Assembly: GCA_018399135.1 (NCBI GenBank)
Contig: JAGYPB010000001.1
Location: forward strand, 21,440-85,439
Reading direction: 5' to 3'
Length of the DNA: 64,000 nt
Origin: Deltaproteobacteria bacterium
GTDB lineage: Bacteria; Desulfobacterota; Desulfuromonadia; Desulfuromonadales; Geopsychrobacteraceae
Made by a program: the position numbers and the translations under genes. Of the stretch, positions 1 to 9,718 are shown piece after piece. How positions within the stretch are numbered: position 1 is the first letter of the stretch; the number at the start of each line of letters is the position of its first letter. Under the pieces are notes generated by a model, which did not search any database, was not told the origin of the DNA, and worked only from the letters and a program-made list of their open reading frames with translations.

Positions 1-783
1 CCGGGCTTTTTTTCACTTTATCAAGCGGCTGTTGATCGTAATCTGATGGTTGGCATTCTAGGGAATCCGGTCGATGAGGAGATGCTTCAAAAGTTGATAG
101 CCATTGCGCCGCCGTCATTTTTTCAGGTCAGTCTGGAAGGGCTGAAAGATCACAATGATGAGGTTCGTGGAAAAGGAAATTTTGATGCTGTTGAGGCCTT
201 TCTCAAGGTGTTAAGTCGCCATAAAATTCCTTCGCGAGTCATGTTGACCCTTACGGAAAAAAACATGGCAGAAGTTCTTCCGCTGGCAGAATTTCTGCGT
301 GACAAGGTTGATCTTTTTACCTATAACCGGCTGTCCATGGTTGGAGAGGGTGCAGCGCTTCAGACAGCCTTGGGCCGCAAATATCAGGCCTTTATCCGTG
401 ACTATATCGCCGCCAAAAGCAACAATCCGATCATTGCCCAGAAGGATAATCTGATCAACATTGAGCGTCATCAACAGGAGATTGAATTGTTTGGTGGTTG
501 CACCGGTTTCGGTTGCGGTGCGGCCTTTAACTTTGTTGCCATCCTGCCCAATGGCGAGGTTCATGCTTGCCGAAAGTACCCGTCACCCATCGGTAATATT
601 CACCATAACAGTCTCGAGGAAATTTACCATTCAGATGTGGCCGGGGCTTATCGCCAAGGGCCGTCAGAATGTGCTGGCTGCCATCTGCACCCGGTCTGCG
701 GAGGTTGCCCGGCTGTCACCTTCGGCTGTGATCTTGATCCTCTGACAAAGAAGGATCCCGCCTGCTTTATCAACAACGTCTGA
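1..783 (+). CDS. Radical SAM/SPASM peptide maturase, SbtM (selenobiotic-family)-like; 5' end outside window
   Basis: Frame open from base 1. VSLEG...HNDEVRGKGNF core and SPASM cysteines GCTGFGCGAAFNF...HACRK...CAGC...CGGC...DPAC; GCTGFGCGAAFNF recalled as typical of Geobacter-type SbtM. Confidence 0.7.
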   Translation, partial: PGFFSLYQAAVDRNLMVGILGNPVDEEMLQKLIAIAPPSFFQVSLEGLKDHNDEVRGKGNFDAVEAFLKVLSRHKIPSRVMLTLTEKNMAEVLPLAEFLRDKVDLFTYNRLSMVGEGAALQTALGRKYQAFIRDYIAAKSNNPIIAQKDNLINIERHQQEIELFGGCTGFGCGAAFNFVAILPNGEVHACRKYPSPIGNIHHNSLEEIYHSDVAGAYRQGPSECAGCHLHPVCGGCPAVTFGCDLDPLTKKDPACFINNV

Positions 784-906
784 AGTTGATTTGTTGTCTG
801 TCCTTGTGCTGGGTTCGGACTCCTGAAGCAAGGCTTTTTGTCTCCATTGCTGGCGAAAAGCATCCCGTGGCATAGGATTCCCGACCCGGAGCTAAACAGA
901 TATGAT

Positions 907-1788
907 TTATTCAACGAGTTCCGATTCAAAGGGCACCAGCAGGATTTCGATCCGCCTGTTCTGAGCGCGTCCTTCCACCGTTGTATTGCTGGCGACCGGT
1001 TGAAATTCACCAAATCCGGCGGCAATCATGCGATTGCCGGGCAATCCTACCTCCTGCTGGAGAAATTGGATAACGCTGGTGGCGCGGGCGGTAGAAAGCT
1101 CCCAGTTGCTTGGAAAACGTTGACTTAAATTGCCGCTGATCGGCACATTGTCCGTGTGTCCAGCTACCTGCAGAGCGCGTTCAGGGAAGCGATTGAGCAC
1201 ATCCCCAAGATTCTTCAAGACACTTTTTCCTTCCTCACGGAGCAGGGTCTTTCCCGAGTCAAAAAGAATCTGATTGAGCAGGTTGACGGTAAGTTTGCCT
1301 TCCAGGTTGGAGATGGTGAGTTCGCCGCGCTTGATTTCACCTTCTAGGGCATCTACCAGTTCCTCGTATGTATGTCTGACCTTGGCTAGCCGTGCTTCGC
1401 GGGCAATACGTTCTTTATCCAGAGCAAGATTAAGTTCTTTTATGTCGGCAAGCAATTCTTCGTTGTGAGCCTGTAATGCATTAATGCGCTGCTGATGAAG
1501 GGACAGATTGCCTTCCTGACGTTCATGGGTCGCGGTGGCAACCAGCAGTTCACGTTGTAGTCCTGAGTTGTCTTGTAACACCTCGGCAAGTCGTGAGTTG
1601 AGTGATGCCAGATCGGCATGCAGAATTTGCTTGTCCTGGCGCAATTCCGTTACAGTTGTGGTCAGCGCGGCCACATCTGCCGTCAGCAGCTCAGCTTCGT
1701 TGACCTTTTGTTGGTAATTGTTCTTGCTGACGCATCCGGCAGCCAGTATTAGCAGGGCGATCATAAATAAAATATTAAGAAATTTCAT
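907..1788 (-). CDS. OmpA/MotB-family peptidoglycan-binding lipoprotein with coiled coil
   Basis: Lipobox LAAGC; C-terminal LFDSG, GHTDN, NWELSTARA and NRRIEI motifs. Confidence 0.9.
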   Translation of the reverse strand: MKFLNILFMIALLILAAGCVSKNNYQQKVNEAELLTADVAALTTTVTELRQDKQILHADLASLNSRLAEVLQDNSGLQRELLVATATHERQEGNLSLHQQRINALQAHNEELLADIKELNLALDKERIAREARLAKVRHTYEELVDALEGEIKRGELTISNLEGKLTVNLLNQILFDSGKTLLREEGKSVLKNLGDVLNRFPERALQVAGHTDNVPISGNLSQRFPSNWELSTARATSVIQFLQQEVGLPGNRMIAAGFGEFQPVASNTTVEGRAQNRRIEILLVPFESELVE

Positions 1789-1999
1789 TTGTTGTTCCTC
1801 GTAAGAAGCGGTTTGATGTTATTGCTGATATGTCCTCATTATTCATCACAAGTAACGGAAATGTAAAGGAGATTTGCCGTCTTATCGACAGTGTTTTCAG
1901 TTGCGAGGGTGATGGGCGGTATGCTATAGATGAACCTAGTTTATGGCATAAGTTCATTGGTTTCGGGCCTGTTGGTATCCTTTCGTGGAGAAGCGAAGA

Positions 2000-2827
2000 A
2001 TGCAGTTTGAAATTGAAAGAATTGTCCGCATGGCGCTGCAGGAAGATATTGGACTAGGCGATGTAACCTCTATGGCTATTATTCCGCGTGATACGACAAT
2101 GCGAGCCGAGTTGGTCGCCAAGGACGATTTCGTTGTTGCCGGTCTTGATGTCGCTGCTAGCGTTTTTTGGCTCCTGGATGTAGATGTTCGCTTCGAGAAA
2201 ATTTTTGTCGATGGCCAGAAGGTAAAAAGGGGGGATGTTCTTGCCTGGCTGAAAGGGTCTGCCCTGATGCTGCTGCAGGGGGAGCGGGTTGCCTTGAATT
2301 TGTTGCAACGTATGTCGGGGATTGCCAGCCTGACTGCACAATTCGTCGCTGCGGTTGAGGGAACAGGTTCTTTTGTCGTTGATACGCGCAAAACGGCTCC
2401 TGGATTGCGGGCCCTGGACAAATATGCTGTACGGGCCGGTGGTGGGCGTAACCATCGCATTGGTCTTTTTGATGGGGTTTTGATCAAGGAAAATCATATT
2501 GCCGCTGCTGGTGGTATCAGTGAAGCAATTTTCAGTGCCCGTAATAGACTTCCACACACCCTCAAAATAGAGGTCGAAACGCGTGATCTGGACGAGGTTC
2601 AGCAGGCGCTCGATGCTGGCGCAGATATCATTATGCTTGATAATATGACTAACGAAGCGATGGCTCAGGCGGTGACTTTGATTGATGGCCGCGCTCTGGC
2701 AGAGGCTTCAGGCGGAGTCACTCTGGAACGGGTTCGCGAGATTGCTGAAACCGGTGTCAATATCATTTCTGTTGGTGCGCTGACCCATTCGGTGGTCGCA
2801 GCAGATATCTCGATGCTGTTCAAGTGA
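2000..2827 (+). CDS. nadC: Nicotinate-nucleotide diphosphorylase (quinolinate phosphoribosyltransferase)
   Basis: EDIGLGDVT, DTRKTAPG, LIKENH, EASGG, ISVGALTHS; ATG at 2000. Confidence 0.95.
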   Translation: MQFEIERIVRMALQEDIGLGDVTSMAIIPRDTTMRAELVAKDDFVVAGLDVAASVFWLLDVDVRFEKIFVDGQKVKRGDVLAWLKGSALMLLQGERVALNLLQRMSGIASLTAQFVAAVEGTGSFVVDTRKTAPGLRALDKYAVRAGGGRNHRIGLFDGVLIKENHIAAAGGISEAIFSARNRLPHTLKIEVETRDLDEVQQALDAGADIIMLDNMTNEAMAQAVTLIDGRALAEASGGVTLERVREIAETGVNIISVGALTHSVVAADISMLFK

Positions 2828-3807
2828 GCCAGTTACCTTTGTCTTCTCGTGACCGCATTCTGGAATTGCTGCGCCAACATACAACTGTCTGGCTGTCAGG
2901 TGAAAAAATCAGCCGGGATTTGAAGTTGTCGCGCACAGCAATCTGGAAACAGATCAAGGCACTGCGTGCTTTGGGAATATCAATAGATGCTCAGCATGCC
3001 AGGGGCTACCGACTTCTTGGGGCGCCCGATCTGCTGTTCAGTGCGGATGTACTGAAGGGGCTCAGTACGGTGGTTATCCCCCGTTCACTTGAACTTGTTT
3101 CGACATTAGACTCAACCAACTCTCAGTTGAAGAAAAAGGCAGAAGCCGGGGCACCAGAGGGTGCGGTACTGGTTGCTGATCAGCAGTTGGCCGGTAAAGG
3201 GCGTCTGGGACGGCAGTGGGTATCGCCAGCCGGAGTGAATCTTTATTGTTCGGTTGTGTTGCGGCCGCAGATTCCTGTTCAGCAAGCTCCGCAATTGACG
3301 TTTCTTTCAGTTGTGGCGATTGTTGATGTCCTTGAGTCGGTTGGCAAGGTCAAGGCTGAAGTGAAATGGCCCAACGATATTCTGGTCGGCGGTTCCAAGA
3401 TAGCCGGATTGCTGAACGAAATGAGCGCTGAAACCGAGTTGGTCAATTATGTTGTGCTGGGCCTTGGTATTAATCTCAACATGACCGCTGATCAGTTTCC
3501 CTCTGAACTCAATTATCCGGCCACCTCGGTGTTACTTGAAACCGGCCGGTCGGTTGTGCGCCGGATTTTTTTACAAGCGCTGCTCGAACGACTTGATTTT
3601 TATTATGCTGAATTCCTTGAACAGGGATTCGCGCCGATCCGCCAACGTTGGGAGCAACTCTGCCCTATCATCAATCGCCGGGTTAGCGTCAACTCCGGCC
3701 CCGTTTGTACTGTCGTGGGACTGGAAGCGGACGGAGCCCTGCGCTTGCAATCTGATGCAGGTACGATTGAACGGATTCTGGCCGGCGATGTGCGCCTGGT
3801 CAATTGA
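2824..3807 (+). CDS. birA: Bifunctional biotin operon repressor/biotin-protein ligase
   Basis: N-terminal HTH ([14 protein letters not shown]), GKGRLGR, KWPND, KIAGLL; overlaps nadC stop (GTGA). Confidence 0.95.
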   Translation: MSQLPLSSRDRILELLRQHTTVWLSGEKISRDLKLSRTAIWKQIKALRALGISIDAQHARGYRLLGAPDLLFSADVLKGLSTVVIPRSLELVSTLDSTNSQLKKKAEAGAPEGAVLVADQQLAGKGRLGRQWVSPAGVNLYCSVVLRPQIPVQQAPQLTFLSVVAIVDVLESVGKVKAEVKWPNDILVGGSKIAGLLNEMSAETELVNYVVLGLGINLNMTADQFPSELNYPATSVLLETGRSVVRRIFLQALLERLDFYYAEFLEQGFAPIRQRWEQLCPIINRRVSVNSGPVCTVVGLEADGALRLQSDAGTIERILAGDVRLVN

Positions 3808-3832
3808 TTATTGTAAAAGGGAAATTACTGCC

Positions 3833-4603
3833 ATGCTGCTGGTGATCGATGTAGGTAACAGCAATACTGTGCTGGGTGTTTATCAGAATCAGAAGTTGAT
3901 CTACGACTGGCGTGTTGCTACCGATAAATATCGCACGGTGGACGAATATGCCATGTTGATGCGGCAACTGTTTCAGCTTGGCCGCATCGATTTTTCCGAT
4001 CTGAGTGATGTGATTGTCTCAACGGTTGTTCCGTCCATGCAGAACACCGTAGAGGGGTTGTGTAAAAAATATTTTCAAGTGACGCCTTATGTGGTGGGGC
4101 CCGGGATGAAAACCGGCATGCCGATCCATTATGACAACCCCAAAGAGGTCGGTGCTGATCGAATTGTCAACGCTGTTGCGGCCTATGAGCAATCCCGTTG
4201 TGCACTGATTGTGGTTGATTTCGGTACGGCAACGACCTTCGATGTGATATCTGCTGATGGTTGCTATCAGGGTGGAGCTATCGCCCCCGGGATTGGAATT
4301 TCCGCAGACGCGTTATTTGAACGGGCGAGCAAGTTACCCCGTGTTGATTTTTTACAACCCGGTCAGATTATCGCTAAAAATACAGTAAACAGTATTCAGG
4401 CTGGAATCTTTTTCGGCTATCTCGGGTTGGTTGAAGGAATTGTCACCCGCATGAAAAACGAGATGTCACAATCCCCATTAGTTATTGCTACCGGCGGTCT
4501 GGCGGCGCCGATTGCCGCGGCAACAGATATGATCGATCGAGTAGAGCCTCTTCTGACCCTTGAAGGGTTGCATTTGCTGTACGAGCGAAATAAAAAGGAG
4601 TAG
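3833..4603 (+). CDS. coaX: Type III pantothenate kinase
   Basis: [26 protein letters not shown]; likely start ATG 3833, inside the longer ORF. Confidence 0.95.
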   Translation: MLLVIDVGNSNTVLGVYQNQKLIYDWRVATDKYRTVDEYAMLMRQLFQLGRIDFSDLSDVIVSTVVPSMQNTVEGLCKKYFQVTPYVVGPGMKTGMPIHYDNPKEVGADRIVNAVAAYEQSRCALIVVDFGTATTFDVISADGCYQGGAIAPGIGISADALFERASKLPRVDFLQPGQIIAKNTVNSIQAGIFFGYLGLVEGIVTRMKNEMSQSPLVIATGGLAAPIAAATDMIDRVEPLLTLEGLHLLYERNKKE

Positions 4604-4694
4604 CCGCCACTATTTCTGTACTCCGTGGTGCTGCCTGCCCTGGGTGGTTTGCGGCCTAACGCGGAGATTGACTTTTCATACAAAGGAGCGATTC

Positions 4695-6773
4695 ATGGGC
4701 AAGCACGATACGACGAAGGTGAGAAATCTTGGCATTGTGGCGCACAATGGTGCCGGTAAAACCTCTCTGGTCGAAGCAATCATCTTCAATACCGGGATGA
4801 CTGATAAGCTGGGGAAGGTTGACCTTGGCACCTCGTCCATGGATTTTGAAGAAGAAGAAATCAAACGCAAGTCGACCTTGAGTGCGAGCCTCAATCATTG
4901 CTGCTGGGGCGATTATAATCTCAATATTGTTGATACCCCAGGGGTCAGCAATTTTCTTCATGACACGCGACGCTGTCTGCGCATTCTGGGCGGGGCAGTG
5001 GTCATCGTGTCAGCTATTTCAGGAACCAAAGCCCAGACCAAGCGGATATGGGAATGGTGTGAGAACTTCGAAGTGCCGCGCATTGCGTTTGTCAACAAGA
5101 TGGATAAAGAACGCGCAGATTTTCTCAAAGCTGTCGATGATATGGAAAAATCTTTGGGTGCCAGAGCCGTGGTGGTAACCCAACCCATTGGTGCCGAAGA
5201 AAGTTTTAAAGGGATTATCGACCTGGTGAGAATGAAGGCGCGTATTTATACTTTTGATGAAACCGGAAAGTACGATGAAATCGATGTTCCCGAAGAGTAT
5301 CTGACGGAGTCAACGCGTTTGCGTGAACAATTGGTCGAAGCGGTTGCAGAGGCCGATGATGAGTTGATGGAAAAATACCTTGAAGGGGAAACTCTGTCGC
5401 AGGAGGACATCTTGCGTGGTTTGCGTGAAGGCACATTGACCGGCGTTTTTACTCCGGTATTCTGTGGCAGCGTGACAGAAAATATCGGTGTGCGTCAGTT
5501 GCTCGATTATGTCGTTGCCTGCTTGCCTTCGCCCATCGATAAAGGGATTCAGGTTGGACTCAAGCCTGGAAGTGACGAACCGGTGGAACGCAAACCGAGC
5601 CCTGATGATCCTTTCTCCGCCATGGTTTTCAAGACCATTAATGACCCCTATGCCGGCAAATTGACGCTGATGCGCTTGTACTCCGGTACTTTGACGGCCG
5701 ATTCGATTGTATTTAATCCGAATAAAGATGAAAAGGAGCGGATCAGCCATATTTACCGGATGGAGGGAAAAAAACAAACCCCCATCGAGATTGCCGCTGC
5801 AGGTGATATTATCGCTGTGCCAAAACTCAAAGTGACGTCCACCGGAGATACCCTTTGTGATCTTAAAAATCCCATCATGTATGAACCACTGGTACCCCTT
5901 AAACCGGTGATTTCTTTTGCACTGGAAGGACGAAATAAAGGTGATGAAGATAAGGTCTATACCGGATTGCAACGTCTGATGGAGGAAGATCCGACCCTGA
6001 CCGTAACCCGTGACGATGAAACCAAAGAGATGGTTCTTTCCGGAATGGGACAGATTCATCTGGAGGTTGCCGTTGAACGTCTCAAGCGTAAATATGGCGC
6101 GGATGTTGTTCTCAAGGAACCCAAGGTGCCGTATCGTGAGACAATTCGTGCTTCGACCCAGGTACAGGGTAAATACAAAAAACAGTCCGGTGGTCGCGGT
6201 CAGTACGGTGATGTCTGGATCGAAGTTAAACCGCTGCCGCGCGGGAGCGGTTACGAGTTTGTCGACAAGGTTGTTGGTGGTGTTGTGCCGCGAAACTATA
6301 TTCCGGCTGTCGACAAAGGGATCATTGAAGCGATGAAAACCGGCCCCCTGACCAAAAATCAGGTGGTTGATGTTCAGGTCAGTCTTTATGACGGTTCTCA
6401 CCATTCCGTCGACTCGTCTGAAATGGCGTTCAAAGTGGCTGGTTCCATGGCCTTCAAAAAAGCGATGGAACAGTGCAAGCCGGTTCTGCTTGAACCGATT
6501 ATGGCGATGGAGATTAGCGTCCCTGATGATTGCATGGGGGATGTTATTGGCGATTTGAACTCGCGCCGTGGTAAGGTTGTCGGGGTGGAGCCGCAAGCCA
6601 ACAGTCAGATCATCCGAGCTGAAGTTCCGATGGCTGAAGTGTTGCGCTATGCTCCGGAGCTGCGCTCAATGACCTCTGACCGGGGCATGTTTACCATGGA
6701 ATTCAGCAAGTATGAAGAAGTGCCTTCCCATCAGACTGCCAAGATTCTTGAAGATCAGGCCAAAGAAGCCTGA
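4695..6773 (+). CDS. fusA: Elongation factor G paralogue (EF-G2 type)
   Basis: AHNGAGKT, DTPG, NKMD, GMGQIHLE, KQSGGRGQYG; SD AAGGAG before ATG 4695; divergent G1/switch I. Confidence 0.9.
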   Translation: MGKHDTTKVRNLGIVAHNGAGKTSLVEAIIFNTGMTDKLGKVDLGTSSMDFEEEEIKRKSTLSASLNHCCWGDYNLNIVDTPGVSNFLHDTRRCLRILGGAVVIVSAISGTKAQTKRIWEWCENFEVPRIAFVNKMDKERADFLKAVDDMEKSLGARAVVVTQPIGAEESFKGIIDLVRMKARIYTFDETGKYDEIDVPEEYLTESTRLREQLVEAVAEADDELMEKYLEGETLSQEDILRGLREGTLTGVFTPVFCGSVTENIGVRQLLDYVVACLPSPIDKGIQVGLKPGSDEPVERKPSPDDPFSAMVFKTINDPYAGKLTLMRLYSGTLTADSIVFNPNKDEKERISHIYRMEGKKQTPIEIAAAGDIIAVPKLKVTSTGDTLCDLKNPIMYEPLVPLKPVISFALEGRNKGDEDKVYTGLQRLMEEDPTLTVTRDDETKEMVLSGMGQIHLEVAVERLKRKYGADVVLKEPKVPYRETIRASTQVQGKYKKQSGGRGQYGDVWIEVKPLPRGSGYEFVDKVVGGVVPRNYIPAVDKGIIEAMKTGPLTKNQVVDVQVSLYDGSHHSVDSSEMAFKVAGSMAFKKAMEQCKPVLLEPIMAMEISVPDDCMGDVIGDLNSRRGKVVGVEPQANSQIIRAEVPMAEVLRYAPELRSMTSDRGMFTMEFSKYEEVPSHQTAKILEDQAKEA

Positions 6774-6833
6774 CAACTGCGGTGGGGCCTTCGCCAAGGA
6801 GTCCCCACCGTCAATTAATCCGGGAAATAGATC

Positions 6834-7916
6834 ATGACAGAAGATAACAATCGGAGCCATTCAACGTCAATGACAACTAATGGTTCTTCAGATCCTCCTG
6901 GTGCAGCGCCCCCAAAAAGGATAGAAGATCTACTGTTGGAAGACGATGAAACCCCCAGAACGACGTTCAGGGATCTAGCTGATCAGGAAATAAAAAGTGG
7001 TAAAAGTGTCGGCAGCTCGTTGCGCTGGCCGCTGGTGATGTTTACGCTGCTGATTGTTGCAATCGGCGCTGTCGTCGTCGGTTGGTATCAATTTGCGGAT
7101 ATGTTGGCCGGTCAGCCAGGTGCGGGTGACCAGGTGCCTGTTGAAAAACGGATGGTAGTGCCTGAGCGTCCGCAGCCTCAGGAGGTGACTGAAGGCGGCA
7201 CCCCGGAGATCGTGGTTGCTGATGAGGTTGCTGTCCAGGAATCACAGCTGGCAGGTGCTGAAACTGCCACTGAAGTAGTTACGGAAGAGGATTCCAAAAA
7301 GACTATCAGCGTTGCAGATGAACTGTCGCCCGCTGTTGCCCTATCTTCCGCAGATCCACCGTCAAGTGTCGAAGAGCAAGCGGTTGAAACAGTTTTGATC
7401 GCGGCTGAAGATGTTGCCAGTGACGAGCAACCTGTCGCAAATGAATCTCCGGCCACCGTGGCAGGTGAGCCTGTCTATCGTGTCCTTGTTGGCCCCTTCA
7501 TCAGTCAAAGAGCCCTGGAACGAGCTGATGAACTTTTGCGTGAGGGTGGCTTCCAGCCGGAACAGCAGCGTGGCACCGGCACCGTAGATATGATCCGGCT
7601 TCTGGAAGGGATCTACCCTCTGGCACAGGCTCAGCAGCGCCTCGAAGGGATCCGTAATGAATTTTCATCGGCGTTTTTACTTCCGGACGGCGACCGCTGG
7701 GCACTTTACATCGGTTCTTTCTCCGATCGTGATCGCGCCCGGCGTCAACAGCTTGACCTGGCTGAACGTCAGATAGAGGTAGCACAGGTGGATTCACAAT
7801 TGACCATGGAGGGCCTCTTGCTGGTCGTTGTTCGTATTGGCCTGAAAGCTGCCGAAGAGGTTGCCTCTGACATCAATACGAGTGGCTTTCGAGCCCGTAT
7901 AGAGGTCGAGCGTTGA
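6834..7916 (+). CDS. SPOR-domain membrane protein
   Basis: Single TM segment, acidic linker, C-terminal YRVLVGPF and LYIGSF SPOR-like repeats. Confidence 0.7.
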   Translation: MTEDNNRSHSTSMTTNGSSDPPGAAPPKRIEDLLLEDDETPRTTFRDLADQEIKSGKSVGSSLRWPLVMFTLLIVAIGAVVVGWYQFADMLAGQPGAGDQVPVEKRMVVPERPQPQEVTEGGTPEIVVADEVAVQESQLAGAETATEVVTEEDSKKTISVADELSPAVALSSADPPSSVEEQAVETVLIAAEDVASDEQPVANESPATVAGEPVYRVLVGPFISQRALERADELLREGGFQPEQQRGTGTVDMIRLLEGIYPLAQAQQRLEGIRNEFSSAFLLPDGDRWALYIGSFSDRDRARRQQLDLAERQIEVAQVDSQLTMEGLLLVVVRIGLKAAEEVASDINTSGFRARIEVER

Positions 7917-7929
7917 TAGAGGAGCCTGT

Positions 7930-8967
7930 GTGATAAGCGAGGATAAGGGCGAAAAGGTTCAGATCAAGCTTCCCGCTGAGGTGGCGAAGATTATGGGCAA
8001 ATGGGGCGGCCACAGCGTTCGTTTGGCCGCTGCTCGTGGTGCTCTCCCTATGTCTGGTCATAATCTGGTCATCGTTCTTTTTGTTTTTTATAACGGTGAT
8101 AATCCGGAACTGAAAGAAGAGGCGTTAAGCACCCTGCAGACCCTGCCGGCCAAGATTCTGCTGGCCGCTTTGACCCAGTCCGAACTCCATCCTGCGATCA
8201 TCGACCTGATTGTTCATCTACGATATGATGACACGGTTGTCATGCAGTCGGTGCTTGCCCATCCTATGACCGGAATCAGAAGTCTGTTGTTCATAGCTGA
8301 GAACAGTTCCGGCCAGGTTCTCGATATGTTGGCCGACAGTGATGAGATTCTGCTCAAATCCGACACTATTCGCAATGCAATTATCAATAATCCTAATACA
8401 GATAGGGTCACGTGCATACGTCTGGGTTGGATCCCGCCGCAGGGGAAACCAGAGTCGGCTGACGATGAAGGATCAGAAGATAGGGTAGCTGATAGCGATC
8501 CGGCGCAGGAGGCAGTTGAGGACGATGTCGCTAACGAGGAAGATCTCGATGAAGAGACGCTGTCCAAGTATCAGCAGCTGCAGGAGATGACAGTCAATGA
8601 AAAAATAAAAATGGCCCTTACCGGCGATAAGGAGTGGCGCACGCTGCTGATCCGCGAGGCCAATAAACAGATTAATACCGCGGTGCTGCGCAATCCGCGA
8701 ATCACTGAGGCCGAGGCTGTAGCTGTGGCCCAGAATCGCAGCAGCAGCGAAGAGCTGATTAGAATAATTTTACTGAATCGTGATTGGGTGAAACTGTATG
8801 ATATGAAAAAAGCCCTGGTGTATCACCCCCGTACGCCGATACAGCAGGCCATGCGTCTGATGTCTTTTTTATCAGAGCGGGATATAAAAGATCTGTCCAC
8901 AAGCCGAAATGTGACTCAGCCCATTATCAATAATGCCCGGCGGATGCAATCCACTAAAAAGAAATAG
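7930..8967 (+). CDS. Conserved hypothetical helical-repeat protein
   Basis: 345-aa ORF with SD GGAG; C-terminal EKIKMALTGDKEWR...VLRNPRIT helical repeats; function not recognised. Confidence 0.7.
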   Translation: MISEDKGEKVQIKLPAEVAKIMGKWGGHSVRLAAARGALPMSGHNLVIVLFVFYNGDNPELKEEALSTLQTLPAKILLAALTQSELHPAIIDLIVHLRYDDTVVMQSVLAHPMTGIRSLLFIAENSSGQVLDMLADSDEILLKSDTIRNAIINNPNTDRVTCIRLGWIPPQGKPESADDEGSEDRVADSDPAQEAVEDDVANEEDLDEETLSKYQQLQEMTVNEKIKMALTGDKEWRTLLIREANKQINTAVLRNPRITEAEAVAVAQNRSSSEELIRIILLNRDWVKLYDMKKALVYHPRTPIQQAMRLMSFLSERDIKDLSTSRNVTQPIINNARRMQSTKKK

Positions 8968-8993
8968 GCCGAACTGAGGCAGAGAGAAACTTT

Positions 8994-9497
8994 ATGCATT
9001 CAGCGAAATACAGAATTGGTATTCTCACCCTGTCTGATAAGGGAGCCCGTGGTGAGCGGATCGATGAGAGCGGCCCGCTGTTGTCACAGATGGTCGCTCA
9101 ACTGGGTAACGTTGCGCGTTATCAGATTATCCCTGACGAAGTCCATACTCTGACGCTGATGTTGACTTGCTGGGTTGATGACCTGGGTCTTGACCTGATT
9201 CTCACCACCGGCGGAACCGGACTTAGCCCCCGTGACCAGACCCCCCAGGCAACAGAATCGGTTCTCGATTATCAGATTCCAGGTATGGCTGAAGCCATGC
9301 GTGCCGCCAGCCTGACCAAAACCCCCCATGCTATGTTGTCACGAGCGTTGGTTGGGGTGCGCAAGCAGACTTTGATCATCAATCTCCCCGGCAGCCCCAA
9401 AGGGGCAGGAGAAAATTTTTCAGTCTTGTTGCCGGTACTGCCACATGCCCTGGCTAAACTCAAAGGTGATCCTGCCGACTGCGCTGTAGCGCCATAG
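8994..9497 (+). CDS. mog: MogA/MoaB molybdopterin adenylyltransferase
   Basis: TLSD, TTGGTG..PRD.TP, LSR, INLPGSPKG. Confidence 0.9.
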   Translation: MHSAKYRIGILTLSDKGARGERIDESGPLLSQMVAQLGNVARYQIIPDEVHTLTLMLTCWVDDLGLDLILTTGGTGLSPRDQTPQATESVLDYQIPGMAEAMRAASLTKTPHAMLSRALVGVRKQTLIINLPGSPKGAGENFSVLLPVLPHALAKLKGDPADCAVAP

Positions 9498-9718
9498 TCA
9501 TTCACAGTTGGTGTGGATAGCACTGTGAGTAACTGGTAAAATTGGTGCAACTCCCCGGTGATTCCGTCGCTTTTTCCTGATTGAATAATATTTGGGCACA
9601 TTTCGACTGCTATAAACAGTAGCTTGTCTAACGGTGATAGTCTTTGGGAAATAGCGAAAAACTTTATCAGCCTGGACTTATGATTGTTGGCTTTGATGAT
9701 CAGGAAGGGACATCTCCC

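Noticed and set aside
3536-3832. N-terminal extensions of coaX (and likewise fusA, MshEN-REC, LysM protein, korC) in the ORF track
   Set aside because: They overlap upstream genes or lack SD sites; downstream starts match family N-termini
5310-6596. 428-aa antisense ORF and similar long shadow ORFs opposite pepN, icd and korA
   Set aside because: Antisense shadows of strongly codon-biased genes with no recognisable motifs
9499-9534. Three DnaA-box-like 9-mers (TCATTCACA, TGTGGATAG, TGTGAGTAA) after mog
   Set aside because: Each has 1-2 mismatches and the outer two are the arms of a hairpin; no origin context
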